Source: Eledone cirrhosa (Eukaryota). From it: a stretch of 64,000 nucleotides of DNA. The position numbers and the translations under genes are program-made. Below are positions 49,750 through 63,420 of this stretch, piece after piece. Below the pieces are notes generated by a model, which was given only the letters and a program-made list of their open reading frames with translations, was not told the origin of the DNA and ran no database searches. Location of the stretch: positions 244,776,001 to 244,840,000 of the forward strand of contig OZ024740.1 in NCBI GenBank assembly GCA_964016885.1. Reading direction: 5' to 3'. Every line of letters begins with the position of its first letter. The stretch's first letter is position 1.

Positions 49750-50578
49750 AAATGATACATGACATACCCTGACATAGTAGATGCTTAAGATTCAGTAAAG
49801 GTAGTGATTAACTTATGACAAAACTCAATATTTATACCCTAATATTGAGAACATGAGATAACATAATACAAACAATATAGAGGGTGCGTGTACTAGAGTT
49901 TAAGAAATACATGGCATCAATATAACAGTTATAAAATTTTTAATTTTTAAAAACTACTGGAGAAAGAGGAGGGAAAGGAAAGCATAGAGGAAGAAGCAGC
50001 TGATGTGATAATATATTTAGTAGGTGATTTGTAAAGACAAATGAAAGATGATTAAAGAGAGAGAGAGACAAAGGGGAGTAATTTATGTTCAAGTTTATAT
50101 ACACACAGATTTCTATATAAGCAACACGTGTCCAAAATAATATAGTTGGCGGTTAATTTTCAAAATATTTAATTTAAGATATTTCAGGGTAATGAATAAT
50201 ATTTTAGGTTTTAAAAGTTAATAGGTATTTGTATTAATATTATAATATAATTATGTTTAATTTCTAAAATTCAAATTTTATGAAAACAAATTTAAAGGAT
50301 TTACGAAACACGAGAAAGAAAAAAAATATATATAATGTTTTATATCTTCACGAAGGTAATCTTTACCAAAATTATTTATAATATTGACAACAGTTTCTAT
50401 AATATAATTTATAAGATAATTATAGTTATAATTATTAAAGAATTTATTGTTAAATAGTTTGAGTGCCTAAAGTATCAACCGGCCTTATAACTAAACTTAA
50501 AGAAGTCAGAATTTTTAATTATATATATGTATTGATCATAAAATACAAAGATTATAGTTTATTATTTGTTCATAGTTG

Positions 50579-50728
50579 GTGGTTTGGCAGTATCGGTAGA
50601 GGGTCGGACGCCATTCTGAGTTCAAATCCCGCCGAGGTTAACTTTGCCTTTCATCCTTATGGGGTCGATAAAATAAAGTACCAGTAATACACTGGGTAAT
50701 TGCTGGCCTTGTGCCAAAAGTAGAAACA
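50579..50728 (+). mobile_element. Nin-domain SINE (internal deletion) with 18-bp TSD
   Basis: TSD ATTATTTGTTCATAGTTG at 50561-50578 and 50729-50746. Confidence 0.92.
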
Positions 50729-50803
50729 ATTATTTGTTCATAGTTGAGGTGATACCTTTCAAATATATATAATATATTACAATAATGCAATATAGTAAAT
50801 AAT

Positions 50804-50914
50804 TGTTTCTACTTTTTGGCACAAGGCCAGCAATTATCCCAGTACATTACTGGTACTTTATTTTATCGACCCCGTAAGGATGAAAGACAAAGTTAACCTC
50901 GGCGGGATTGAACT
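50804..50914 (-). mobile_element. 5'-truncated Nin-domain SINE with 16-bp TSD
   Basis: TSD CAATATAGTAAATAAT at 50788-50803 and 50915-50930. Confidence 0.9.
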
Positions 50915-52029
50915 CAATATAGTAAATAATTTCCTGAAGATATTGTTCAAAAATATATATAGTTAAAAATATTTGCTAAAGAATTAATGTTTTATATCAA
51001 TTATTTTCATTTAGTTGATATATATTATAAAGATATAAGTCAAAACTATATGAGTCCTAAAGATAGGGGCTAGATACAAAATAAATAAATATACAAATAA
51101 AAGAAAATGAATTATTTGTGAAACTTAAAGATGCCCAATATTAGAAATAGATGCAAAGGGTTTTAACAAAGTATAGAAAAGATATCTCTAAAATATTTTA
51201 GCGAATGTGATATAAAGAAGCGCTAAATATTTGAAAAAGCTGAAGGTAATCTAAATTTAATTAAAATAAAATCAAAATAAAATAAGTTAAATTAAATTAT
51301 ATTGTATTATATTAAGTAAATGATTATATAAGTTCGACCTTCCAGGGAATACCAAACACTTATAACAATATAAAGTCATTTGAGTGTCTAAATTATTTAT
51401 AAATGTAACTACGATTATGTTATTACACTAGATAAAGATATTTGTACAACTATATATAGATATAATTATAGGTATTAATGAAACGGTATACATTTAATAA
51501 AAAATAATAATTATAATCATTCTTAGTAATACTATAATTGTAGTTTTACCTACAGTTCAGTAGAAAGATAGACCAATATTTGTCAGCTATTATGGTTTGT
51601 TAAATTTATACCTAGATATACATAAAAAAAACAAGTGCAAATCTAACTTTCTGAGTCCCCAAAAACATACTCAAAATGAGTAAAATATATATATATATAA
51701 AATATGCCAACGCATGAATAATCCACAGTTCAAATTATAATCAGTAAATTTACAAGTTAAATATCCAAACTATATATTTAAAACAGAGACAGATAAATAA
51801 AGATCTGAATCAAAATTATAAATATCCAAAAAATCATAGGGTATGTATATCTATCAAGTAAACAAGTTATCAAACGAGTGTCCTTCATTCTAACATTAAT
51901 TCTATTATAAATGATTAGAAGATAAAGCAGTATTAAAGTTTTATAAACCGTTATGACTTTTTTTGTCCAACAGTTGATAAGAGACGTCAAAAATCAGGCC
52001 TGATTGTTTACTGTTTTTTCCGGACTTTT

Positions 52030-52353
52030 TGCGAGGCTTGGAATGTAGACAAAGCTTTAGGAAGGCAGTTTGAGAATAATTCACTTTTTTTGTTAATTAA
52101 GTTTTCATAATTATTAATTATTAATAGGGTCTCCTTTGTGCAGAGGTTGCAGTTAATTGATATGGATGAGTTGGTATAAATTTCACTATTACAAAGCTTC
52201 GTCCAAAAGATCGAGTATTTTAATTTTTTGTATTTTAATGACCATATAAGTTGTGATAAAGAAGTCGAAGACTTCCTATTAAAATTCGAAAATGAGCATT
52301 TGTGATTCGCAAATCTCGATTTAAATGTCGAAGAAGTTGCTCCAATGTAGTTG
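52030..52353 (-). pseudogene. GIY-YIG endonuclease domain of the PLE
   Basis: Manual translation: NYIGATSSTFKSRFANHKCSF...STSLSQLIWSLK...YSIFW...CNLCTKETLLI...LINKKSELFSNC. Confidence 0.88.
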
Positions 52354-52386
52354 TATGTGTTGTTATTTGTATGTCATGTATCATTT

Positions 52387-52453
52387 TATTTTATCTGATG
52401 AGGACGTACTGTTGAACTTAACTCAGTACCTCTGAAATATGTATAATAACATA
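52387..52453 (+). ncRNA. Minimal type I hammerhead ribozyme in the inverted PLE pLTR
   Basis: TATTTTAT-CTGATGA-GGACGTACTG...CAGTACCTCT-GAAA-TATGTA-TA-ATAACATA. Confidence 0.78.
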
Positions 52454-52590
52454 TAATTGATCACAAGAATATCTATTTTGTTAATATTTTGAATTAATAT
52501 TAATAACTCTGGAAAACCTTTTCTGTAGAGTGCTTCCAATCTATTGTAAAACTCATTCTTTGATGTAATTATTGAACCTTGTTTAACTCT

Positions 52591-52629
<39 letters not shown>

Positions 52630-52635
52630 GCATGA

Positions 52636-52712
<77 letters not shown>

Positions 52713-52871
52713 TATTCACATATAACCACCAAATAATGTGATTGGACTCGGATACACACACATACTTATATATTCAGAAATAGCTGTTGAAACGGCACAC
52801 TTTACTACTCCAAATATCGAGTACTCTAGTGAGTAATGGTCTAACAGATTTTTACTGCATCCATTCAGATT

Positions 52872-52905
<34 letters not shown>

Positions 52906-53132
52906 GCACTTGCTTGAGTGGGGTTTCTTCTCTGAAGACCTTCTGCTGTCCATCTCTTCTGGGAGTTTCTTACCACTAATATTTGTTGTGTATGATTTTT
53001 TTTTATGTATATCTGCTTGTTTATTATAACAGTTATGTCGATATAATGACACATCTGTATATCGACAACAACGCAGCCTGTGCGAAGGGGGTACAACGTT
53101 AATAGAAACGCTTCAAAAATCCAGACCGTCTA

Positions 53133-53300
53133 CCGTATTTCCCGGCGTCGAAGACGCTACTTTTTCCCTAAAATAAGTCTCCAAAATCTATCATGCATCC
53201 TGGAGGCCAAAGGGTGTTTATTATTTTTTTTCAAATATTTGGTTGTCAAAATTAGGGTGCGTACTTGAGGTCGAAGCGACTTCGGCGCCGGGAAATACGG
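53133..53300. mobile_element. pogo/Tigger-like MITE with TA TSD
   Basis: TA-CCGTATTTCCCGGCG ... CGCCGGGAAATACGG-TA: perfect 15-bp TIRs. Confidence 0.88.
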
Positions 53301-53453
53301 TATATATTAAGAAAAGGAAATTGAAAAGAAAATTCAAGAATTTGGATGAAGACTTAAATACATAAATTTCAAAATAAAAATGAAAAAAGAAATATTAAGA
53401 TATGATATTAGAAATTATATTTCTAATATCACAATAATGATAAATATGTATAG

Positions 53454-53640
53454 TGGATTGGCAGTATCGGTAGAGGGTCGGACGCCATGCTTTGACGTAT
53501 AGAGTTACGGCCCTTGCCATTCTGAGTTCAAATCCCGCCGAGGTTAACTTTGCCTTTCATCCTTACGGGGTCGATAAAATAAAGTACCAGTAATGCACTG
53601 GGTAATTGCTGGCCTTGTGCCAAACGTAGAAACAATTATT
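53454..53640 (+). mobile_element. Nin-domain tRNA SINE
   Basis: Family consensus, ending AAACAATTATT. Confidence 0.9.
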
Positions 53641-54863
53641 AATAGATCAAGTAATGTATAGTATGTTTAACTTTATTATGCCAATTAAAAAATTGGAATA
53701 TTTCACACACACACACACGTGTGTGTGTAGTAGCATCAGTAGTAGTAGTGTTAACAGATAATACAGTTACACAGGACATACGACAGCTACATCTCAGCAG
53801 CTACCTTGCTGGGAGTGTAGTTTCGCGAATTAAGGTGGTACAGCCATTAAGGTGTGATGCCAGACATATACACTTGCACAAGCTAGAAGGAATGAACCCG
53901 CGACCTAATGATTGTGAAGCGAACTTCTTCACCAGTTGGCCATGTTGCGTCTACACACACACGTATACACACACGCATGCGCACTCATATACATATACAA
54001 ACACATGCAACAACCAGCAAGTTGTATAATTAGAACTACAAAGACAATACGTTACTAAAAAAACGTGGCATTTAAAGAGAGAACATAACAAAAGAGAGCA
54101 GAGGTAGGGTGAATAAGAATCGTTGGAATAAATTACAAGAAGAGCTTAAGTGACTGAAAAAATATATGTAAAATCAATCAATATCTTCAACATTAGTCTG
54201 TTTAACTGAGATTGGTGTACACTAGCTTGATTGGAACTGTTCTTTTAGCTAACAGTACCGTCAGACTAATCTACTAGCAAGATTAGCATTTACTACAGCT
54301 CCACTTTTCCGGGTCCTCACGCTAAGTACTTCAGTACTATACAACTTTTAACCTGTATGTCACATTTTTTTTTAAATTTGGGGTCCCTTTATATTGCAGG
54401 CATTATCAGGTACGTCACCAGGCTTTGGTTTCCAGGTATCTTCGGAACATTCGGGTGGGGTGGGGGACTCTAATTCCCGATAATTCTTAGGCAGAGTTTC
54501 GAGATTAAGCATAACACCGTAAATGGTACACCTTTGAAAGATAGGGAACTGTGTCATCAAGTGATCCTGCCCCACTTAGCGATGAGTCCGGGTCCGGCAC
54601 TAATCTAAACCTGCACAGCACCTTATTACAGTGACATACAGAGGGAGATGGAGGCCTATATTTAAAACCCTTAACATTTACGATGTTTTATTTTTACTTC
54701 AATGTTCTACCTCTTCCTGTCACCCGGCTTTAACTACTAAGCTACTTCCATAGTTTCATTACCGAAACATAACTCAACAGTTTCACTTTCACTCTACCCT
54801 TTTCCCCTGTATTTTCTTCACTCTCTGTCTTTCTTTCCCTTCTCTTTCCCTCTCTGCAGCAAC

Positions 54864-54919
<56 letters not shown>

Positions 54920-55833
54920 CCGATGTTGCCGCTATTATTGGGTCCCACCTCACCTTCATCACCACCACCCACTACAGCCTTCCCCACCATTACTACTCAC
55001 CTCGCTCGCCGCCACCCTCTGTTAACTCGACCCTACAACTGTTCTTTCACTCATCCATTCACCCACCACAACTACCAACTCTACTATTACTTACTACCTA
55101 TGCCTCACTACCACTAACACTACCACCACCAGCACCACCACCACAACCACCACCACCACCACCACCAACACCACCACTAACACCACCACCACAACACCAC
55201 CACTACCACCACCACTACCACCACCATCATATATATATAACCATTATCTCATCATACCCCACCGCCACTACTACACTTTACTACTGCACTGCTCTCTCGC
55301 CACCACCATCACTACTACACCAACTTACCTCTATTGCTACAGCTCCTTTAGTACCACCACCACCACCACCACCACCACCACCACTATTCCACTTTACTAC
55401 TATTATTACTACTTTGCACCTTCCCCACCACCATTACCTCTGTCCCACCACCCTATACCAGCAATACCTCCCTCATCATCTTACTATTATTGCTGCTCCT
55501 TCACCACCACTACCACTATACTACTATTACCAGAGCTCCTTTACTACCAACACCAGCTTACTATTACCATAGCTCTCTCACTACCACCACCAACACCTTA
55601 TACTGCTCTTACCCCACACCCACTACTACCACCAGCTACCCAATATACACTAATTCTCGCTTTGTTTTTCTTATTTCTAACATAAGATATCTTCATTATT
55701 TCGGTCTCGCTTCGGTTCACCTCCCCTTCCTCCTACTGCACTTCTGCGGTTTCTTTACTCTTTCTCCTCCTCCTCCACCACCTTATTTACTTATCGCCAT
55801 CCTACACCCCATCTTTCGCTCTCCTTTTCTCTC

Positions 55834-55896
<63 letters not shown>

Positions 55897-56008
55897 AATT
55901 ATATATATATATATTTATATATATTTATATATATATAGAGAGAGAGAGAGACACTCACTCATTCCGCCTCTCTCTCTCGCAGACCCTCTCTCATTCTCAG
56001 TCTGTCTG

Positions 56009-56083
<75 letters not shown>

Positions 56084-56339
56084 CCCCATCCTCTATACGT
56101 TCTTCAACTGCTACCATTTTTCTTCACATCATTTCATTCTTTTAATGCACTCCACCTGCAGCTGTTGCATCTAAAACCAACACCAAAAGACCAAAAAGGA
56201 CACTTGTGCAACTGAAATCGTTACCATAACAACAGAGGCAGAGAAAAGTAATGAAGCTACCTATTGCAGTACATCTTCAGCGTGACACTTACTGAGACGA
56301 TACGGTGCCATAAGTTTAGCAACCACTACCATCACCTCC

Positions 56340-56427
<88 letters not shown>

Positions 56428-56454
56428 TGTCCTTATAACCCCAACACATCTGCC

Positions 56455-56510
<56 letters not shown>

Positions 56511-56535
56511 ACAACCTCTATCTATCTCTCTCTCC

Positions 56536-56584
<49 letters not shown>

Positions 56585-56724
56585 CTCTCAATCCATGTTT
56601 ATTTATATTTATATATAAATATATCGCTCTTTCTCTTTCTGTCTCGCTCTTTCTTCTTTCGTTACCTCATCCCTTCTGTCATTAGCACTCTCGTACATTC
56701 TTCGTAAATACCTAATTTCGCCCC

Positions 56725-56785
<61 letters not shown>

Positions 56786-56860
56786 TTCTCAGTCTCTCTC
56801 ACCCTCTTACACTTCCCCCTTTCTCTCTAACACACACACACAGACACACACTCTCTACTT
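54864..56860. repeat. Low-complexity block: (TAG)n, (CAC/TAC)n, (CT)n, (TATC)n, (TA)n
   Basis: Direct reading. Confidence 0.9.
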
Positions 56861-58080
56861 TTCTTTCTCTCTTCCAACTGTTTACGTTGCTGCTCACCGA
56901 TATATTCTTGTCATCATTTTGGTATATAGAAGTTTGGTCAGTGCCGGGTTTGACATGATGATAAGAACATCACGTGCTCTGCACCACTGCAACGTTGTCG
57001 CCTTCACCATCGTTGTCACCCATCTCCATCGTCTGCTCTGACCACCAAACAGAAGACATTTATATATATAATATACCAGCGGTTAGAAGATGTCTACCCA
57101 GTGGAATCTAAAGGTACAACTGGCCGACAACAATTTCACATTGTCATTTACACGACCTTTCAACGGTGAGCTTTGTTTTACAATGTTTTCTTTTTTTTTT
57201 TGCTTATTTTCATATATTTATTTATTTATTTATTTATTTATTTATTACTCTTTTATTTCTGTTCTTTTATTTATCAAAAGCATGCATTAATACTGTGTAT
57301 CAAAGGTGAGAAACAATGAATGTTCTAGATGTTCGAGCCACGGAACTGCCTACTCGTTAAATTGGCGTTTAAGTGTATGTACTTAACGTAATTCTCAGAA
57401 CGGTTCAGCGCGGCACAGTGTGCGACAAGGCTGGCCTTTAGAATTACAGGTACAGTCCATCAAACGGATTTCCAAACAATTTCTATATACCCAGTGTTTC
57501 ACCCAATGCTGGGGTTGAGACTATTGTAAAAGACACTAGCTCAAATTACCACGCAGTAAAAGCGAACCCAGGACCTTATGATTATATAGTGAAACTCTTA
57601 ACACTTCGTTCACAAGGTGTATCTAAGGTGGCTACCTGTAAATTCTACAAACATTGAGTATCTATATTCCGTACTAAAGAAAGGTATATTGAAAAATACT
57701 ATCAAACGGTTATTGTTATCAAAATTAGTGGGACCCAAAGACGCTCAAAATATATCTTTTGCTTAATATATCAACCAGTTATTGTAATCTAAAACGTTCG
57801 GTCCCAAAGTGATCAAAATAAGTGGCTTCTTACATAATATTGATATTCTGAACCCAAGTTGGAATACCTATCTCATGCAACGTATCGACATTTACTATAT
57901 TCACTAAAGCTGGGTACCTACGATGTCAGCTGAAGCTGGTTACCTATATTCTGTACTATAGCAAGTTTTGTATATCATAAAGCCAAGCTGGGTAATTGTT
58001 TTTGTATAACAAGTCTAGATATTTATATTGACTAGTGAAAGCAGTGTGCATATATAGTGTTCTCAAATTATATACCTACC

Positions 58081-58766
58081 TATATTCTGTCCCTTTACTG
58101 AGTACATATATTCTGTCCCTTTACTGAGTACATATATTCTGTCCCTTTACTGAGTACATATATTCTGTCCATTTACTGAGTATATATAGTCTGTCCATTT
58201 ACTGAGTACATATATTCTGTCCCTTTACTGAGTACATATAGTCTGTCCCTTTACTGAGTACATATAGTCTGTCCCTTTACTGTACATATAGTCTGTCCCT
58301 TTACTGAGTACATATATTCTGTCCATTTACTGAGTACATATATTCTGTCCCTTTACTGAGTACATATAGTCTGTCCCTTTACTGAGTACATATAGTCTGT
58401 CCATTTACTGAGTATATATAGTCTGTCCATTTACTGAGTACATATAGTCTGTCCCTTTACTGAGTACATACAGTCTGTCCATTTACTGAGTACATATAGT
58501 CTGTCCATTTACTGAGTACATATAGTCTGTCCATTTACTGAGTATATATAGTCTGTCCATTTACTGAGTACATATAGTCTGTCCATTTACTGAGTACATA
58601 TAGTCTGTCCATTTACTGAGTACATATAGTCTGTCCCTTTACTGAGTACATATAGTCTGTCCATTTACTGAGTACATACAGTCTGTCCATTTACTGAGTA
58701 CATATAGTCTGTCCATTTACTGAGTACATATAGTCTGTCCATTTACTGAGTACATATAGTCTGTCC
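58081..58766. repeat. 26-bp minisatellite (~26 copies), with degenerate units on both flanks
   Basis: Unit TATA(T/G)TCTGTCC(C/A)TTTACTGAGTACA. Confidence 0.95.
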
Positions 58767-59180
58767 GTTTGTTAGATATTTATATTGTCTGTTAGCGGAA
58801 TACCTATATTAAGTCCGTTAACCGTCTACATATATTTTGTCTGTTTACTGGATACTTATATTCTGTCAATTTACTGGATGCATATATTTTATCTGTTAAC
58901 TCGGTATATATATTCTGTCTGTTAAAGGGGTACTTATATTTGTATACGTAACAAAATTATATTGCATGCAAGAGAAGGGTATAGGAGAGGGGTGATATTG
59001 CACGTAGATCGATAATTGGTTACCCCGTAGACTGATTGGTAGACTATGCATATATTTGCTGTACAGAGAGTACACAGTGATTATATTGTTGTGTATAGAT
59101 ATGTTAAGTATGCTTACATACAAATATACACACATTCACATGCACATACACATACGCTTAACATACACACACACACCCTC

Positions 59181-59243
<63 letters not shown>

Positions 59244-59507
59244 TACACAAATATATATATTTATATATATATATACACGTACACACACACACGTATGAAT
59301 ATACGTTTGAATTTACAAACGAGACGGGAAAATGTATTTAATATATATAGTAGTATTCATACATTTATACAGCTTCGAATAGAAAAAGAAATGTGTGTCT
59401 GTGTGTGATATAGAGTGTGTATAATTTAACACAGGCATCGTTCATAAGAGACTCTATAATGGTGTCTCTTGAGCACCGTTACGGTTTAATTTCATATTAT
59501 ATATATA

Positions 59508-59540
<33 letters not shown>

Positions 59541-59758
59541 GTGCGTGTGTGTCTGTGTGTCTGTGTGTCTGTGTGTGTATGTGTGTGTGTGCGTATGTGT
59601 GTGTCTGTGTCTGTTTGTGTGTGTGTTTATGCCCTATAATTAAGTAGTTCAACAAAAAAGAGATCAATCAAATAATACCAGATTTGAAGAAATAAGTACT
59701 GGGGTTGATATAATCGGCTAAATCATTCCAAATCATTAGACTGTTGACATGCTGGGGC

Positions 59759-59792
<34 letters not shown>

Positions 59793-59795
<3 letters not shown>

Positions 59796-62700
59796 TGGAG
59801 GACTGGGTCGAAAATATTGGTTGCCAGGAGTAAGGAGGCCCACCCACATATAGTATGCTATCAGTGAATTTTTATAACGAATAAATAACATTTAAAAAAA
59901 AAAAAAAAAGCTGTAGTCAAAAGTTTTGCGATAAAAAAAAATTTATATTTTTCACTAATTTACAGTGTACATATACTGACCATATTACTGGCAGTAATAC
60001 TAAATGTAAATACAGAATATTATAATTGAATTTTTAAATAATTTTGAATATACAGTATACTGTTATTTTGAAAAATGTTAACCAAACTGAAAATAAAATC
60101 CCATAAATCTATAAATCAATTTCAATATTTTTAATGAAGACTTTTTACTGTCAAAGAGATAAATATGTTTTCTTGTGAAAATTACGGCATTGCAGTCAAT
60201 ACCACATCTTCATACATATACATACATCTTCATACATATACATCATTTGTTTGTTTGTTCTTTACAAAGGAGATTTCTTTCAAACTGCTTGTACATCGGT
60301 TTATTTTTTTTTTGTTTTTTTTGTTAAACATACATATGCCAAGAATTCTATCACCACCAATTTGATTGCTCCAGCTCCTCTAAAAATAAAGGATAAATTT
60401 ACATGGTTTTAATTTCTTCTACATTTAATATTTTAATTCTTTCTATTATTCGTTTTTCCCTACTCTTGTCAATACTGTTTTTATAAGGCCCTTATAAAAT
60501 TTTCAAAATAACAGTGTATTATACATGTATCAATTTTTAAAATGTTTAAATAATTGGGGCATATTTTAAAATAGTTTACTTGCAGTGTACACTTTACACA
60601 TTAACAAATAGTTCAAAATTGTATTACATGCAGTCCACTATATTAAGATCAATCGTTTGAGTTCACTAAATGATTGTGCAAATCTATCAATAATTGCTTC
60701 TGCATCCAATTCATTTAACAATTCCTTTCCAATGGATCTCTTAACTGGCAATGCTGTTTTCAAAGTATCAATTTCCAATATATGATTTTCATCCATATTC
60801 TTCTGTGAAATCTTGTCATTACATTTATTTACAAATGTTCTTGTCTGTACCTTAAACTTGTTTTGTAGCTGAATCTACCAAACATCATGTAAACATATCT
60901 AAACCACTTGTCTATAGATAACTTGATAATGGGGCTGTAGTTTCAAATATATACAAGTAAGTAAATGCTGTCAATATGGTTTGAAACTTTAGACTTTGAA
61001 GTAAAACATTTGCTTTATATTTTGTTTTTGCATCAAACTTGTCTGAATCTTGCATCATTGATAAATGTGTCAATAGATTGACATAAATACTGACAGTGGC
61101 ATCATCAAAGCGTCCAAATATAGTTGTTGCTGCATTGGATTTTCCTGACCATCTGGTCTCACCAATTAGTTTTAATCGTTTCATTATTTCTTGTAGATGT
61201 TTACCAACAACTTTTATCCATACAGCCATTCTCTTGTATGACACCTTTACAAAAGTTGCTAAATTCTAGAGAAACTTCAGGTACACAACATTTTGTTGTT
61301 TCAGTTATCACCAAATTCAAGACATAGGCATAGCACCATATATGAACATGTTGATCTGCCAGCGATTGTACTTTGTAACCCATTATACTGCCCATGGTAA
61401 CTTGTAGCACCATTTGTGCTATCAGATAAACATTTTTTAGGGGAGGGGGTCAATTTTTGAATGCTGTAGCGTTACAGTCAATAGACCCAAAAGTCCCTAT
61501 CATTACTCGGTACAACTGAAAGTAGTCGCTCACACATATCACCTTTAAGCACACACCAAATAATAATGTTAAACTGATTGATGGATGAATTATCTTGTGT
61601 TGAATCAACCTGAATAGAATAATATATTGCTTGGGAAACTTCATGACCAATTCTTTCTTGTATCATATTCTTCATAATTTGGATTAACATGTTAATAGTT
61701 GTTTTGCTCAAGTATGTAACAAGTCCACTACGGCCTTTACTTTGACCCTTCCCTTGTTGTTCTAATCATTTGATTCTTTGTCCAGACCTGTTTTGCACTG
61801 CAGAAACGTGAGCTGCCATAATAGTGTCATATTTAGCCATCAACAGCACTGTAGCTAAAACATTGCCATGATTCAGAACCTCATTATCCAGAGTGTATTT
61901 TTGTGACTTCGAAAAGGAAGTGCTTGCTGGCTTAACATCTTTATGATGTCTATAATCCTCATGACAATACTTCTCTGCTTCAATACTTCTTCTTTCCTTT
62001 TAATTAGTGATGCTGCAAAAAAATTATCTAAAAAAATTATCTAAGGTGCCATCATTAACCATACTGATATATTGGTGAGCATTTGACATATGTTGTTGTA
62101 GATTTGTGTAAAGCCAGCTCTGGCTAAAACGCTTGTAATCACTAAAGCCACGTACAAAGAATGATAGATTACAAGTGTTAAGAGACTCAAAAGCTAAGCA
62201 GTATGAACAATATAAGCACCTATTTTCTTTGTTATATGTTAGCGATTTTCTTGGGACTGAGCCATTCATAATATTCCTCTCGTACAAATGAGCATCAAAT
62301 GGTAGGCTATCAAGTGGCTGACATGGATCTTCAGCAAAAAACTGTTTCAGATTTGATCGTGGTGGATATTGGAAGATTCCAGTCACTGATCTTTCATTTT
62401 CTTGTAAAGGTTCATTTACAGAACGTGCTTCAGAAACCAAGTCATTTATGTCTGAAGTAATATTTGATCCCATGTCACTAGTTAAAGCTATGTACTCATA
62501 TGTTGCAACTACAGGCTGTACAGATACTGGAACAATGAAGCCAGTAGTACAGGGCCTAGGTTGATTAGAAAAGGATGTACTTGTATTTTTCTCTACATCC
62601 AATGTCACTCTTCCTTGTTCTTACAACTCATATGTCACTGCATCATCACCATGGCTCTTGTTTCTTGTTTCTCGATTATTTGTTGCAGAACAGGACATTG

Positions 62701-62830
62701 ATGTTGATGGTGGTTGCAGTATTATAAAATTTGCAATAGACCTGCACCGCTTGGCTGACTCCTATCTTTCTGCTTCATGTCTCTTTTTACATTTCAGTGA
62801 TCCAGATTTATGCTTTTCCATGTTGGTAGG
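59793..62830 (-). mobile_element. hAT (Tip100/ZMYM1-like) transposon, decayed transposase
   Basis: LYCSYCLAF (TTF Zn finger), YYSIQVDSTQD...ERLL, HIWCYAYVLNLVI, LKLIGETRWS. CAGTGGAGGACTGG at 59793 resembles a hAT TIR; the other TIR was not found. Confidence 0.85.
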
Positions 62831-63281
62831 GGTAATATTCCTGATTTTCAAGGTTAAAACTTAATTTAAAATACCTGACATTGGTAAAAATGAACATACA
62901 CAATTTTTCAATATATAATTGCAATGCATTACTAGGATTTCTAGGATAAATATAGTACTAATATAAATTTTTTAAATAATATTTTAGTTACTGTATAACC
63001 ATGTTGGTTGAATGGTTGATATAAATTAAACCAGACAAATCACTACTTTATATTATCATTTTTTATGCAAGTGATATCAAAATACAAAATTTGGAACATT
63101 ATCTCCTTCGACTTTTTTCAAGACATGTCTTGACTACGAGCAATAATTCTTGAAACCAAATATTTTAACCATTTGGTGTCTGCATTATTTCTGCTATATA
63201 TACTTTTGATGGTTCCAGTCATTTTAAGCGAAGCCATTTTGAGCGATGTCATTTTGAGCGAAGTTATTTTGAGTAATGTTA

Positions 63282-63420
63282 GAGCTGACAAGTTCATAGG
63301 CTGACCAAGATACTCTCATGGAATGACAAAATGATGTTTATTTTTCAACATAATCCCTGGAACGAAACAATGCAGTTATTAATAAGGAAAGTTGAAATTA
63401 ATGCATGGAAGATTTCACAG
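63282..63420. mobile_element. Probable mariner-derived terminal fragment
   Basis: AAGTTCATAGGCTGAC...TTTATTTTTCAACATAATCCC resembles mariner TIR/subterminal sequence (pattern recognition only). Confidence 0.4.

Larger units (their letters stand above)
49636..52590 (-). mobile_element. 5'-truncated Penelope-like element with inverted pseudo-LTRs, within (TA)n
   Basis: A 132-bp inverted repeat (49636-49767 / 52369-52500), each arm with an HHR; GIY-YIG coding remnant on the minus strand. Confidence 0.85.

Noticed and set aside
54300-54620. Possible CR1/L2-group LINE 3' remnant (...NIKGPQI) on the minus strand
   Set aside because: Too short and decayed to assign without a database search.
58081-58766. 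Possible CRISPR array
   Set aside because: The units are contiguous with no unique spacers, the context is eukaryotic and no cas genes are present.
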